60,000 nt of DNA from Botryllus schlosseri (taxonomy: Eukaryota): the NCBI GenBank assembly GCA_051294905.1, contig CM119371.1:22198001-22258000 (forward strand), read 5' to 3'. The translations under genes and the position numbers were made by a program. The notes beneath the pieces were generated by a model. It was not told the origin of the DNA, did not search any database, and was given only the letters and a program-made list of their open reading frames with translations. Of this stretch, positions 13,722 to 27,391 are shown piece after piece. The first letter of the stretch is position 1. The number at the start of each line of letters is the position of its first letter.

Positions 13722-14352
13722 TTGTTGTTGTTTGCGGTATTCATGGTGTTTGTCGACTACTACGATCATGGTCATTTACACCAGGCCAATTTTCTTCGTT
13801 TTTATTCCGTTGCTGCCGACTAGGGCTGGGCACAATGATTCGAGTACTCGAATCTGAATCGAGTAATAATTTTAATGATTCGAGTCGAGTAGTAAAAGAC
13901 GAGTTTTTTGAGTACTGAAATTATACGCTCCTCGCCACTGAAAGTTACTTATCAACGAGAATTGTAGTATTGGTACTATTTTCCACTGTGCAAGCCTTGA
14001 AAGCTAAGTAAGGTTACTGGAAATAACACATTTCCGAAGTTCTGACCATCCGACAATATTGTCACATAGTGCAATGAATTCGGTGTGGTCGAAAAAATAC
14101 CAAAGTATACTTAATGTGATGGATGAAAAGCATTATATTCTTTCGGGTGGCATGTAAGGTGCATATTCGAACTTTGACATCTTACATTATGTTATGACGT
14201 CATAATGAGTGATGCTCGAATACTCGACTCGAAGCATAATACGGGATTCAGAATCGAATCACTCAGGTACTCGATTTCGCCCAGCCCTACTGCCGACTTG
14301 TAGTGCGGCCCACTTGTAGGCTTTTTTAAGACATCGCTTACACGGATGAGAT
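13722..14352 (-). mobile_element. 5'-truncated tRNA-derived SINE, interrupted by a MITE
   Basis: 13738-13820 joined to 14298-14352 is the reverse complement of the SINE body at ~42660-42790. Confidence 0.8.
13821..14289 (+). mobile_element. hAT-type MITE family A (TAGGGCTGGGC TIR)
   Basis: Ends TAGGGCTGGGC...GCCCAGCCCTA; perfect TSD CTGCCGAC; TCGAGT/GATTCG subterminal motifs. Confidence 0.93.
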
Positions 14353-17300
14353 TCCTTAGCTAGCTAAGTTAATAGGAATCAAGCGTCTTGTTTTATTTTG
14401 AGCCAGATTCTGACAAGTAACTTGTGAAATCTTTCTTTTCGCTAATTCCAATTCCAATTATAATCTAATTTGTGAAATGTTCTATGCTCCAATTTTAGTT
14501 CTACTCTAACTTCTTCTTTTCCTGAACATACTGCGGAAGAACGAGTGCGAAACGTGCAAACCTTGCTGTACTGTACAGACATTTGCCATTGTCATGCTCG
14601 TGAGAATGAAATCTTATATGATATGAACTGATCTTGACTCTGTTCCAAATTTCGCAAATTCAGTAATTGTATTTCTTCGAAAAAGTTGTGTAGCTATTTT
14701 TTAGTTCTGATCTAATTTCAAAAAGAAGTCCGACTCTACTCACTGAGAATGGTAACGTCATAGTGTTTTGTTGCGTCACAATACTGGCGGGACGTTTGAT
14801 TAGCCACCTAATTAAAGGTAATGTGCTTTACATATCTTCATATTTACCAGATCTCGTTTAATGAAGCCGGGACTGTGTGATATATGTGTGTGTAATGAAC
14901 ACCGTTGGCGTATTAGAATTGATATCAAAGGCGGTACCGTACAGAGAGTATATTATCCTCATTCCGCCAGGTATAGGAAACTAAATAAGTTTACATATAT
15001 ACGATACATGTTCTTCCGACACTGAGGACATGTATTCACTTCCTTAAACATGCCCCAATGCCCGTTCTCGTTAACTATACGCGCCGAGGCATGATATCAA
15101 ATTCCGCGGTATGGTGTGGAGTCGTGTTGGGAGTTTGATGTAGCTAATAAACAAGGGTAAATCAATGGGTTGATCATGTAGGCGGGAACATGGTGACACA
15201 GTGTAAACAGTCAACACCGATTATACTGGTCCACATACAAAAAATTGCCGATTGGCTTTTGCAATTTCATTTTAGTTTTAGAGTTATCAGCAAATGTCGA
15301 TGTTTTCGTTAGACCGTACCCTTTAAATTTCAGGCTAGGTTTTATTTCATGTCGCCAATGGTAAATGTTGTAAGTCTATCTTCACTATAGAACCACGGTA
15401 TAACTGGCTAACGGTAAAGTGCTGCATTAATGTATTAGTTTCCATATATTGAATACGAGAAATGCCACACAAACTCTGCGCGATCTATTAGTATTTTTAA
15501 ATATGTGTTTATAAATAGCAGTAATTCGTAGGTGAAAAGCTTCATTTATGTGCTCAGGTGGCGAATTTTGTTGTCCCAATCCTTTTTTTGCTTTCCGCTT
15601 TTTACTACCGTACTAAGATTAGGAAATACTTGCATACGTACACCAGACAATTGTTAATTGCTGTGGCTAGGTGTTTGATGTGCAATGGGGTTTAAATGAC
15701 GCGATCGTGACTGACGATGGGATCATGGACTATTTACAATGCTTTTCTTCGTGTAATCGGAATCCGGCGTTTACCCGTGGCACCACTATCCCAGTGGAAA
15801 ATATAGCGGGTATTCTTAGTGTTTTATTTGGCGCAGATTTGAATTTGTCTTTTGAAAACGCAGTCTGAATACTTTTACCGAATTCCAATTAAATTAGGAA
15901 TTACAATCTTTGCGAAACCGATTTGCGATCTCGAATTATGAGTCATATCGGCGATGTTGATGTTATTTTTACACGCATTCCAGTCAATAACTTGAAAATT
16001 CGAAAATGAAAGCGAACGAATCCAGAATTCGAATACTACTTGAGGTCTCACCCAGAGTCAGATATCGATACGAAAAGTCTTGCGACACTGTCAACATTTC
16101 GAATGCATCCGTGATAGTATAACGGGTATGAATTCGGATTCTGAAATGACATCGAAAGGATTCCAGATCCGAATGTGGATTTCAAACCCGGAACGGGATC
16201 TCAATTTGGTAATATTCGCGTCCCAGTCACGACCGAATATGAATTTGGATCCTCATAAAACACCTAAATAATTCCAGTTCTGGACTCATTCCTGCAGCAG
16301 AATCTTGATTTGAGGCCGGGCTAAGTCTGGTATCTGAGTTGAATGATTCGATTAAGCTAAATTTATCTTTATGATGTCATAGCTTCATGGAAGACTTGGT
16401 AAGTACAAGTCTATAATTTTGATGCAACCACAAATAAAATAAAACCAGTTACGCTACTTCGATGATAAGTTGTTCTATTTTGACCGTATTTCTTTTATGA
16501 CAATGCGGAGAGTCAATAACTATCAAATATCGCTTCCTCCAACGTGCTGGGATGGTTTTAAAGCTTCCGTGACGGAAAGGAATTATCGAAACTATAACTC
16601 CCGTTTATAACTAATACCTTTAGTAGTCACCTTTCACTAATTGACTGGAATCGCAGATAATATAGTTGTTGAATGCCTGGCAACAAAAACATTTATTCGC
16701 GCTTGGCGCGATCTCCTGTTGGCGATTGACATTTCCTCCATGTCCTAAGTCACTGTGTTGGGTACTATTTCCAAATCGAAATACGCAGAAAAGTAGTTGC
16801 GACAACATAGTTTGATCAAGAATATGTACCGATCTTTCTATTACACAAATTGGTTTGATGTTATGATAAGAATTCTGTGACATTGGCTTCACTGCATGGA
16901 AGGTTGTTACTTTCGCGGGGAATTCTCGGACAGGGTACACGGAAAGAAACAGCGGGACCGGAAATGCCGCACCGCATATTTTTAATACCGTACGTATAAT
17001 TTACAAAAGTGAATCTATAACTGTATTAACAGTTGTCAAAAAAACGGTATATTCCAAGTATCGCTTAACGCCGTCGGAGACCGTTGAGATGCTTTAGTCT
17101 AGGGTTGCGCAACATGCAGGTGCGGGCCTATTAGACACTGGTATTTCAGGGCCGACCCTTCCCGTACCAGGACACTTGCAAACATAAAGTTTTGACCAAA
17201 TCGCGTCTGGGCAAAGTGCGTTGCCAAAAATGGGAGTAGATAAAACCTTGGCCCAAAATGCTCGTCGCTGGTTAGTTAAAACCTTCGATATTGATATCTA

Positions 17301-17395
17301 TGGTCGTCGAGATGGTCGGCACCAAATAATCTCGATTGCTGGCCAAATTGAAATCGCGCGCGTTTCAAATGTTTCTGAAAACTTGCGCCGCGTAC

Positions 17396-17480
17396 AGCTG
17401 GTTATTGAATAGTATATTCATATTGAAATGAACCCCAATATACTGTTCAACTGTATAGTGAAGTTCTGTACCTCCAAGAA
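17396..17480. repeat. Short dispersed repeat (deleted copy of the 26433-26600 family)
   Basis: Shares TTATTGAATAGTATATTCATATTGAAATGAAC and AAGTTCT..ACCTCCAAGA with 26433-26600. Confidence 0.6.
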
Positions 17481-19189
17481 GATCTGCAACAGGTCAACTG
17501 CAGCGTTCTATTTCACAGATGACCGTCAAAACATTAAAAATACATAATTTCGATGTGAAAGGTTTGGGTAGCGAGATGCCAATAAAACTCAATATTTAGT
17601 TCATGATTTGAAAGTTTATGAACCAGCCACTGTTATACACGACATCGGCGTGCTGCAGCCATTCTTTGCGGCGCGAGCATTTCTTGAGACATCCCGCGTC
17701 GCAGCATTGCGAGGCGTTCATGCATTTTGTTTTGTGTGTTGCCATTCGACTTTTGTGCGTAACAGTGTGTCGGCATTGTAAAGTACCTATGTGTGGTTTA
17801 CGGTCGCGTTTGGGGATTGTCTGTCGTTCGCCAGTGTATGCGGAATTCGCAATTTGACACTTTCTAAACAGTATCTGTTCAGAAGTGTCTCTTAGCCCTA
17901 CTAAACACATACGTAATTATGTGCTACTGGTGGCATGTCTATTTGATTTCTAGGCTTTGATGTGTGTGATTTGGCGTGTGTATGTTTTTGAAAGGCGCAT
18001 CTTCCGTAAGTAGCTACTGTTGACGATTTGATGAATATATGTTTGCACGAAAGATTATGTTAAGTGCGTTAATTTCGTGTCTAATTTTGGATGTGGCATC
18101 AAGATTTGGGTTGATGGTTTAACGATAAAAGTAGGATAATTGTAAATACGAAATCCACAGTTCCGTCACGACAGGGGTGTTTATTATAGGGATCTACCCT
18201 TAGATCGAGACAGCTTCATGGCAGATTGCGGGAATACTAATCTTAGGGGTCAAAATAAGCGAAGAGGGGTGATATTCATAGTAGGGCTGTGTCCCATTAA
18301 CGATTATGTGGCATTTCCGACCATTCATATTTCGTTATAACACATTAGAATAATATATTCGTATTTAGTCCAGTGATGAGCATCGGAGTTTACTACAGAT
18401 ATTTTTTCGGAGATTTTCGGAGTGTTGTGACTTTTGTCCCCGATATCCTTGGATAGCTCTGACCAGAAGACACTATTGATTACAAACCAAAACTCAGACA
18501 GTTGACACCTTGTAAAGTTGTAATGAGAGGTGATATGCAAAATTGATTGCCAAGTGCATAAAATCAGCCATCTGCACTGCAATTGAGGACTGGAGAGTAG
18601 ACAATACTATAAGGCCAGCCATATTATCACATTTATTTAGTAAAACACATTACCAAGTGTACCATGCTTGCCACTCTAATGATATGGTTAAAATGGTATG
18701 ATTGGTCACGAGCTATCTTAATCTAGTGATCGAGCAAGACATTTCGTTGAGCAGTGTCTGTATAGTGTCCGATGTTTCGGGTACTTGACGAGATCCTTCG
18801 GAGTATCTCGGAGTTTGCGATTGAGCTCTTCGGAGTCGGATGGAGTTTCCTTCGGACACTAAAGTTGTCGGAGGGATTCGGAGTCTCGAACAGCACGATC
18901 CGCTCATCACTGATTTACTCCCGAAGCTTTTCGGCTGACACTGATCAGGGGATACCGTCAGCAATAATGCGAGAATTCGAATAACCATTCTTAACAACAA
19001 TACATATCGCTAATTATGACGTCACACAGAAAATTACAAAGTTAGAAAAACGAGAGAACCGTAGCGTTGGCACGGAGATAGCTTCTCCTGCGAGTAATAG
19101 GATCATTGTGCCTAGCCGAAATGGACAGTGAATGAGCTAGCTTACGGACAAAGTACAACCCGAACGAACAGCTAAGGAGCCATTGTATG

Positions 19190-19355
19190 GAAATACAAGC
19201 TGCGCGCGTTGTGAAAATGACATTTCTGTGTGAAGTCGTGAGCAACTGACTGCATTGTCACAAAAAGTGCAATGAAATACGCATTGTCGCAAAGTACCAA
19301 ATCATCTTTGCGGAATTAGTTTCTCTATTGTCGCTTAAAAAGGTACATATTTGAG
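19190..19355 (+). mobile_element. Old internal fragment of MITE family A
   Basis: ATTGTCAC..AAGTGCAATGAAAT and AAAAGGTACATATTTGA match the family A interior. Confidence 0.55.
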
Positions 19356-19450
19356 CGATACCCGATTGGTAGACTCAGTTCGAAGTCTGACATTCGGTTT
19401 GGAATAAAATCATTCGGGTTTTCAATCTTACCTATAGTCCTACTGATAAC

Positions 19451-20500
19451 TAGGGCTGGGCACAATGATTCGAGTACTCGAATCTGAATCGAGTTATTAT
19501 TCTAATGATTCGAGTCGAGTAGCAAAAGACGATTTTTCGAGTATTGAAATTATACGCTCCTCGGCACTGAAAGTTATTTTATCGACGAGAATTATGGTTT
19601 TGATACTATTTTCCACTGTGGAAGCCATGAAACCTTGGTTGGCCGTGTCGCAGCTAGGGCTGGGCACAATGATTCGAGTACTCGAATCTGAATCGAGTAT
19701 TAATTTTAATGATTCGAGTCGAGTAGTAAAAGACGATTTTTTCGAGTACTGAAATTATACGCTGCTCACCACTGAAAGTTGATTTATCAACGAGGAGTTT
19801 ATCGACGATTAACGAGTTTGTGCTAATTTTACTGTTGAAGCCTTGAAACCTTGATTGGCCGTATCGTAGCATACGAAACATGAAGTACAAAGCTACGAAC
19901 GTTACTGGAAATAGCACATTTCCGAAGTCATGATCATCCCACAATATTGTCACCAAGTGCAATGAAATCGGTATGGTCGAAAAAAATAACAAAGTATCTT
20001 TAATATGATGGCTAACAGGCATTATATTATTTGTGGTCGCTTAAAAGGTACATATTTGAACTTTGACAAATAATACTCTGCTATGACGTCATAATGAGTG
20101 ATACTCGATTACTCGACTCGACTCGAAGCATTTTACGTGATTCAGAATCGAATCACTTAGGTACTCGATTTTGCCCAGCCCTAGTCGCAGCATACGAGAC
20201 ATCATACAAAGCTACGAACGTTACTGGAAATAACACATTTCCGAAGTCATGATCCTCCCACAACATTGTCACAAAGTGAAATGAAATCGGTAGGGTCAAA
20301 ATAATACCAAAGTATCTTTAATGTGATGGATAACAGGCATTGTATTTTTTGTGGGGACATAAAGGTACATATTTGAACCTTGGCATCTTATATACTGATA
20401 TTGCGTCATAATGAGTGATACTCGAATACTCGACTCGACTCGAAGCAAAATACGTGATTCAGAATCGAATCACTCAAGTACTCGATTTTGCCCAGCCCTA
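19451..20500 (+). mobile_element. MITE family A, outer copy
   Basis: TIRs TAGGGCTGGGCA / TGCCCAGCCCTA; perfect TSD CTGATAAC. Confidence 0.93.
19655..20183 (+). mobile_element. MITE family A, inner nested copy
   Basis: Complete TIRs; perfect TSD GTCGCAGC (19647-19654, 20184-20191). Confidence 0.93.
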
Positions 20501-21083
20501 CTGATAACACAGACCAGTTTTAGTTTACATCCCTAACCGGCCTGTATCAGTGCCATACGCATCTATACTTTTACTTTATAAGTGAAAGAAACTGGCAATG
20601 CCGCATTTCCGTCTAGATAACGTGTTGCAACGTCCGAACAAAAGGATACAGGAATACAATCATGATCTTATTAAGGTCTCCATTGCCCATTAATGTCATA
20701 AAAATTGAAACGCCATTGATGTTGATGGATTTTTTGAAAGCCTGCGTAAGCTGAGGGACATACTGGTATTGTGTAAGCTCGCGAATTACACAAATAGCCA
20801 CCGTTAAAAGTGTCTTAATAGGCTTTCGGTATTAATTCCGCCAAATTGAGCTCAGCGCTCTCTATATCCACTCGGGCTACTGGCTCTCCCATTCTTTTAT
20901 GGCGTATCGTATTTCGGCTCACGGCACCAATAGTATCGAATTGCTGTGTTATCAATTCACCCGAGCCCGCAAGTTGGTATGACACAACCCTTCGCAACAA
21001 CGCGCGTGCCATACGTTCATTGACATGGATGTAACGTACTTTGTGATACTTTGGGTAAACTCTAATTGTAACGTTCGAACGTC

Positions 21084-21212
21084 TAGGACGAATCAGGCTT
21101 GCTGTTTGTATTACTATTCGAGTAAGTAGGACGAATCAGGCTTGCTGTTTGTATTACTATTCGAGTAAGTAGGACGAATCAGGCTTGCTGTTTGTATTAC
21201 TATTCGAGTAAG
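21084..21212. repeat. Perfect tandem repeat, 3 x 43 bp
   Basis: Unit TAGGACGAATCAGGCTTGCTGTTTGTATTACTATTCGAGTAAG. Confidence 0.95.
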
Positions 21213-21327
21213 TTGGAATCAGACGTAAGGGTTAGCTCAGAGCTTTGATTTGAGGAACTTTCTGTAAACCGAGAATATTATGTACTAGTAAATGACATGT
21301 TCGTTGTTCATATAGACAGAGTGAATG

Positions 21328-21792
21328 TGGGGCTGACAATAATCGAGCACCTGGGTGATTCAATTCCGAATCAGGTAGTAGGGTTCGCTTCGAGTCGAGT
21401 ATTGTAGTATCACGTATTGTGGTGACTTGGAAATAGTATGATGTTATGAAAATTCGGATATGCGAGGGCACAGAATATAGTGGCAGTTCCCCATCACATG
21501 GATGATAATTCGGTAGTTTTGCTCATCATTGCACTTGCGATAATTCTCTCGGTTGAAACGACATTTCCGCTAATATGCGCAGTTTTGCAGTACGTGTTTT
21601 GCATGCTGTGATACGACTTCAATTATTCCACGGTGGGATAAAAGTTACAGAATCAGTAAATCACGTTAATAATGATAGCTCTTAGTAGAAAGAGGAGTAA
21701 AATTTCGGTGCTCGTCTATCACCATTCGATTCGAACCGTGACAATTAAAAGTCGATCCTGATTCGAAGACTATATTCATTGCGTTAAGCCCT
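21328..21792 (-). mobile_element. Highly degenerate reverse copy of MITE family A
   Basis: Begins GGGGCTG..AATCGAGCACCTGGGTGATTCAATTCCGAATC..CTTCGAGTCGAGTATT and ends ..AGCCCTA. Confidence 0.55.
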
Positions 21793-21807
21793 ATTCTCGA
21801 GTATTAA

Positions 21808-21936
21808 AGGGGCACTGCGCTCTAAAAATGATGTGGTCTCAAATTGAAGGTAAAAACGAACAAAAAATTTTGGCCGCGGCCATTTCCTTCAGAACGCCAC
21901 CGTAATGGAGCTGCAATTTATTGAAATTTCTACAAG
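21808..21936 (+). mobile_element. Solo left end of a TTAA-flanked (Kolobok-like) element
   Basis: TTAA|AGGGGCACTGC...; close homolog at 32401. Confidence 0.55.
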
Positions 21937-21959
21937 ACCAGCTGCCGCGGCTGCTTAAC

Positions 21960-22208
21960 GCGTTACATGGCACGATGTCTTCTTTTAAAAAGGTCAACTT
22001 TCCTGCTCAGCTTCCGAAATCCCCGTCTATGAGCGTTACTTCAGTGCTATTTTACGGTATCTCGGTCGCATTTTACCCTATGTTTAACCAAAATTCTCAA
22101 AGGGACAAAATCTCAATAAGAGGACATTTAAGCGTCCTCGGAGGACATTTTCTAAAACCCGAAAAAGGGAGACAGAATCCCCCTAAAGGAGGACGTATGG
22201 TAACCCTA
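21960..22208. mobile_element. Right portion of MITE family B
   Basis: AGGACA repeats and the terminus GGAGGACGTATGGTAACCCTA. Confidence 0.65.
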
Positions 22209-22769
22209 TACGGTTAGTGCATTAATACCACCCGGGTATGTTATTTCTATGGACGATGGTTCAGTTGTGCTACACGTTTTGAATGATATGTTACTTCGTA
22301 TCGAGGTGGATAGGTTACCGCTGTCAGAAGACATTAACCTAACGATATTGTCGTTCAAGATTTAGTAACTGGCGTCTAATTCCGACACTCGAATACATCG
22401 TCTTCGCTACGCGACTATAGGATCGTCAAAATTGATACTATAGTTAGCAGTCACGCCTAACCCTGATTCTTAATAATATAGATTTACAGTTGCTCAGATA
22501 ACTATCGTAATTTACAGTATTCGGTATAATGGTAGTGTCTGCAAACATTTTTGTAACGAGGGCCATCATCTTGATCTACTATCATGCAGTGCATTGCATT
22601 TGATTAGTTTCGGTTTTATTGCGTTGCGTTCACTACATCATTAACTCTGCTACTCAATCTGTAGTATTCTAGTCGTGTAGACGAGAACTTACATTAGACG
22701 CCTCTAGCCACACATAGTTAATCTATACGGGAATTACAGTTTCAGGGCTATTTATTATTGTGGAAGGAT

Positions 22770-23070
22770 GTAAACCTCGACTGGCGGCATCGCAGCATAC
22801 GAAAATTTCCAAGGTGGAAATTACATATCCGTGAAGTCTTGATCAATCCACAGCTTTGTCATAGAGTGCAATGAAATATTCATGGTCAAAAATACTAAAT
22901 AATCTTCAATGTGTCGTAGAACTGGCAGTGTGTTCTTTGTTGTCGAATAAAAGGTACATATCGCTTATACTCTTATGACGTCATGAGCGATACCGAATAA
23001 TCGACTTGACTCGAAACCTAATCCTCCATTAAGAATCGAATCACTCGCGTATTCGTTTTTCCCAGACATA
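22770..23070 (+). mobile_element. Old 3' half of MITE family A
   Basis: TCGCAGCATACGAAA...GTGCAATGAAAT...AAAAGGTACATAT...TATGACGTCAT...GAATCGAATCACTC. Confidence 0.65.
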
Positions 23071-26000
23071 TCGACAACCACGCAATCTACACACCGGCCA
23101 TCCCACTAGTTGGCGGTATCGTCTAGGTAAATTCCGCCACGGCGTATCAAAAAGCACCACAGCGAATACCGCGTGATTACAGCTGAGTCACCGCCCCGAT
23201 TAATAACGTCGGCCGTAAATATATCCGAAGCGCGGAATGTAATACCCCATACATACTCAGTCGCGGTATGCCCCAAAGACTTATTCGGAAAATGTAGGGC
23301 GCCATATTCCAGAAATCAGAACTTCGCGATGGCCCTGCATGACAATTGCGCGCAGCTGCTTGCGTGACTCGCCACGAAACTTCGATTGGAAGATATAGGA
23401 AGTCATTGTGGATTGTTTGACTGCAGCGTAGACACTGCGCGTTCAAGCGCGTTACTTCGGTTGAAAAAGTTTAACGACATTGAAATTAAGTGTAGTCGCT
23501 GATCATTGAGAGTTGGTAGTGAAGTCGGCTGTGGATTTTATAAATTGATCTGAGTGAAGTAGATGCTGCCGTAGGATGATAAAGACGAAACAAGTTACGC
23601 CATTGAATTTATATGGGCACGCTGTATTTAATATTTTATGTTATTGCGAAACGGTTTACATTCTTGTTCAATGTACACTTGTCCAATTGTACACTGCGCT
23701 GCACAGTGGTTCGGTTTTAGATTATATACTCACTTCTACCAGACAGTTAACGCGTGTTTAGGTTAAACGAGACCTAGCATACTTGCGTTTTAGCTAGTTG
23801 GAAATCGATATTTTTACTTGGACGTATGTGAGAATGTATGACCTTACTAATACTTCTACTTGAGCACCAAAGATCACTCTTTTGACCACCTATGGATGGG
23901 GAGGGTGGGAGTGATTGCAAAATACTGTTTCATTGACCGCGCGCGAAGTGCAGTGCACATCACACAGTGGTATTTACAGCTGGTGCAAGCATTTATTGTT
24001 GGCACTCAACGCAGAAGTATACAATTAAATGATAGGATGATAGGATATATTCACATTGAAATCAACCCAGAATATTTTCGGCTAACACTGATCAGGGATA
24101 ATCATCAGCAACTTGTATAGACATCAAAAGAACTTAGTGTATCAACAGCCCGTCAGCCGCAAATATTTCAGTATGAATATGTTATTCGATTGTATATTGG
24201 TTCAGAAGTTGAAGTCATGTTATGAATTTCTACTCAAGTATCAGCAGTAGCAGCGGTTTCCAAGTAATTAAAATGGTTAGGCCTTGTTTTGCTCAGAAAA
24301 GGAGTAGCATTAGAATCCCCTCCAGATTTGAAATATCCTTGAATCAAAATTCATGTATATGCAATTATGTGTACTGTATATGCAAATTATGTTATACCGG
24401 TGGCGGTAGTATTATAGTAAGGTGTAGAATAGTACAAATTTGCCAGTCAAATCCAACGATTTTTTTGTCTCTGCTCACATACTGAGCAAGCCTATATCAT
24501 CCATTATTGATATTAAAATTCCTGATGTAGCCAGTTCGATGCACGCACGGTTCAGTGCCTGCGTGGAGTCGAGGATCTCGAATAATTGTTCTTATTGGGG
24601 ATGCTCCGCTGAACTGCAACGTGCTGTTGCCGATTCAAAATTGATTGCATTTTATCTAGTTGGGAATCCTAGCGTTGAAATCACATCGCATTATGTGTAT
24701 GATCTGTTGTCAATTAGCATTTAATATTGATTGATGAGCGATTCTCTATTGCGTGCAATGTACACAGGCTTTTGTGCTCTCTCCATAATTTGTCCTCCGA
24801 CTGTCCACTGTTCAGTGTTCAGTGGTGATTTATTCCAGGATTCTTTTGTTTTTACCAAATGCCCACCAAACTGTGAATAAGCATCTATACTCACGTCAAT
24901 TTACACTGCAGAATCATTCTTTCTGTCATGACCTTTGATTTTTCTTATCGGAAGATCGATAAGTATTTACTCGACTATTTACAGTTATAGCCTTAAGTCA
25001 CAGGCCTGTATTTGGGATATGATTCGCGAGCCTGTAGTATTGCTAAACTACAGGTAGGGTTCCGTTTAATATCGCCTGATTTGGATTACTATGGTCACTT
25101 TGTCTGCGTTCAAAGTTAATCTGACAACTCGTCTTACCTTTTGCCGCGTTCTTCCTCAGTTTCTACTACAGCGTAGTCGGCACTGTGTTTACTGGAACTA
25201 TTTAACGGCACACTATTTATTATGGATTATCATGTCTGAGGCATTACCGGTGATTACAATATCAACGGACGCTGTGTCGAAACACGCCGCCACCGAAATC
25301 GTAACAGATAACGCACCAGGTATGTATGGTTAATTGGGTATGGCAGCTATGAACCGATGAAAGGGCGTGGTTAAAGCGGAATCGTGGGCAGGGCATGATT
25401 GTATCACTATCACGTTTATATTGAATTACGCTTCACACGTTATGTTTATGTTGCTTTAGCCGGCCAGGGGTTCCAACCCATGGGTTCGAGATCGGACCGT
25501 GAAGAATCCGAGAATTCACAGATACTATACAAAATTTGCAGCATTCTTCAATTATTATCTTCTTCATACCGCCAATTAACAGATTAATAGTATAGCTCCG
25601 ATATTTCTTGACATTCATTGCCATTTACAAATGTATGCACTGCATCTGCACAATGCATGGTGTTGCAGAATTATTGCTGGTTTACTTGTATATGCATAGC
25701 AAGATTTGCAGGACCCGAAATAATACGGGGCCGTAAATTTGTGGAATAATAGTATAATTCGACTTCGATACTTCTTAACATTTAGTAATATTTACAAATG
25801 TATGCGCAATGCACAGTCTCGCAGTCTTAGCGGTTGTATGCGTGTATGTTGTTAGTATAGTAGCAATTCGACTGCGCCGTTTCTCAACGCCTACTGGCAT
25901 TTAGAAATGTATGTACGACGTACCTACAAGTACACCGTACAGTCGTACAATGCAGGGTTTCGCTTAATTTGGTTGGGTCATGGAAGCCTTGGCTTCGTAA

Positions 26001-26432
26001 GCTTAATAATTTTAGAAGATGTGCGTGACTCGACAACGGTTTGGAATAGCTGCCTTAAATGGTAAATGTCAGTAGCTATCGATGATACTCTAGTCATGAT
26101 GTAACATTTTGCTTGAAGCACGAATGGGAACGTTGTGTTCCAACGTATAAGCTGGACCTATCGGGTATTCAAGTAAATAGCTTGAAGAAATATATTTTAG
26201 GTTACGACCCGACCGATCTCTGTCTCCATATAACTGGCACCGTCAGCCTGCAGTCGATGTTTATCTGCCTGAGCAATGACGTAATCACTCCTACAATTGT
26301 CCCACGTGGAGGGGTATTCACAATACAGTAGTGCTGGATCGATTTATGGGAACCATAGTAGTTCACTTCTTGGTGAAAATGCTGGAGAGTTGCATTTCCT
26401 TATCTACAAGCTAGGAAGTAGTATTTCATGAT

Positions 26433-26600
26433 CAACTGCAGTTTTATTGAATAGTATATTCATATTGAAATGAACATCGTTGATATACATGACGATAACC
26501 CCTTACGAGTGTCAGCCGAAAATGTTCGGGTTCATTTCAATTTGAATACACTATTCAATTATATATTAAAGTTCTAAACCTCCAAGAGCTGTAGTTTTAT
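26433..26600. repeat. Small hairpin-type dispersed element
   Basis: Inverted arms at 26446-26475 and 26530-26559; related pieces at 17396, 18925-18960 and 24045-24105. Confidence 0.6.
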
Positions 26601-27391
26601 TGTAAATAAATGAAGATTAAATGCGTCTAGTTTTTATGTTACTGCTAATTACAAGTTGCAGTTGAAGTATGCCACGTTTTAGTATCGGAAAACATGTTAT
26701 ATCGGTATGCAAACCCTGAGTAAGGTGCGAACTGTGTATTGAAGTATGTCGCGTTTTAATGTCAACAGAAAAGATCGGCTTTAGCGGCAAAATAAGTTAT
26801 ATCCGCGTTAACGGGATTGGCACAAATTTTGATTGAGATTGGCCTCTAGTGTTGAACTCACAGCCATACACATTGACTTGACGAAAACCTATATATTTTA
26901 GTTGCATGCCCCGGGTGCGATGTGTAATGTAACGTAATCTGACCACATCATCTGTGGAAACGAACTATTCTAAACAGCACCGCTTAGAGATATTTGAGAA
27001 GTAGATGAAATCATTGCGTTTCCTTGCATTCATCCCACATCCCAAATACTAACTATATAATATGAACTACGCGAGCCCACCAGAAACATCACAGCGATTG
27101 CGTGCTTTTCTCGAAATTTACGTCACGTCATGCTCTAGTAATCGCCGTGAGTTTAATTCAATTCATGTCACCATCTACGAAGGTCATTGGGACTATGCAA
27201 TCTGAAAATCGCAGCGATACGGCACTTATGACAGCATGTCATGGAATCTTGCAATGAATTCTTATTAGATAGACGATTTCTTTGCGCATTGTTACGTTAG
27301 ATACTCATCGCCCCTCGGGGCCTGATAGATGAATTGTTGACAGCATTTTATCAAAACGAAATTTCAAAATTAACAAGCCAAGCCCTCTACA

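Noticed and set aside
18713..19000. 95-aa minus ORF with a signal-like start
   Set aside because: It overlaps a dispersed repeat motif (also at 24075 and 26500) and low-complexity CGGAGT repeats.
20613..21034. Adjacent minus-strand ORFs suggesting a decayed gene
   Set aside because: No family recognised in any frame; compatible with chance.
21084..21212. CRISPR-like direct repeats
   Set aside because: The units are contiguous with no spacers, the context is eukaryotic and there are no cas genes.
24440..24660. Possible Ginger/KRBA2-like integrase relic on the minus strand (QLFEILDST; CSVCEQRQK)
   Set aside because: The motifs are in different frames, too short, and lack the H..GH signature.
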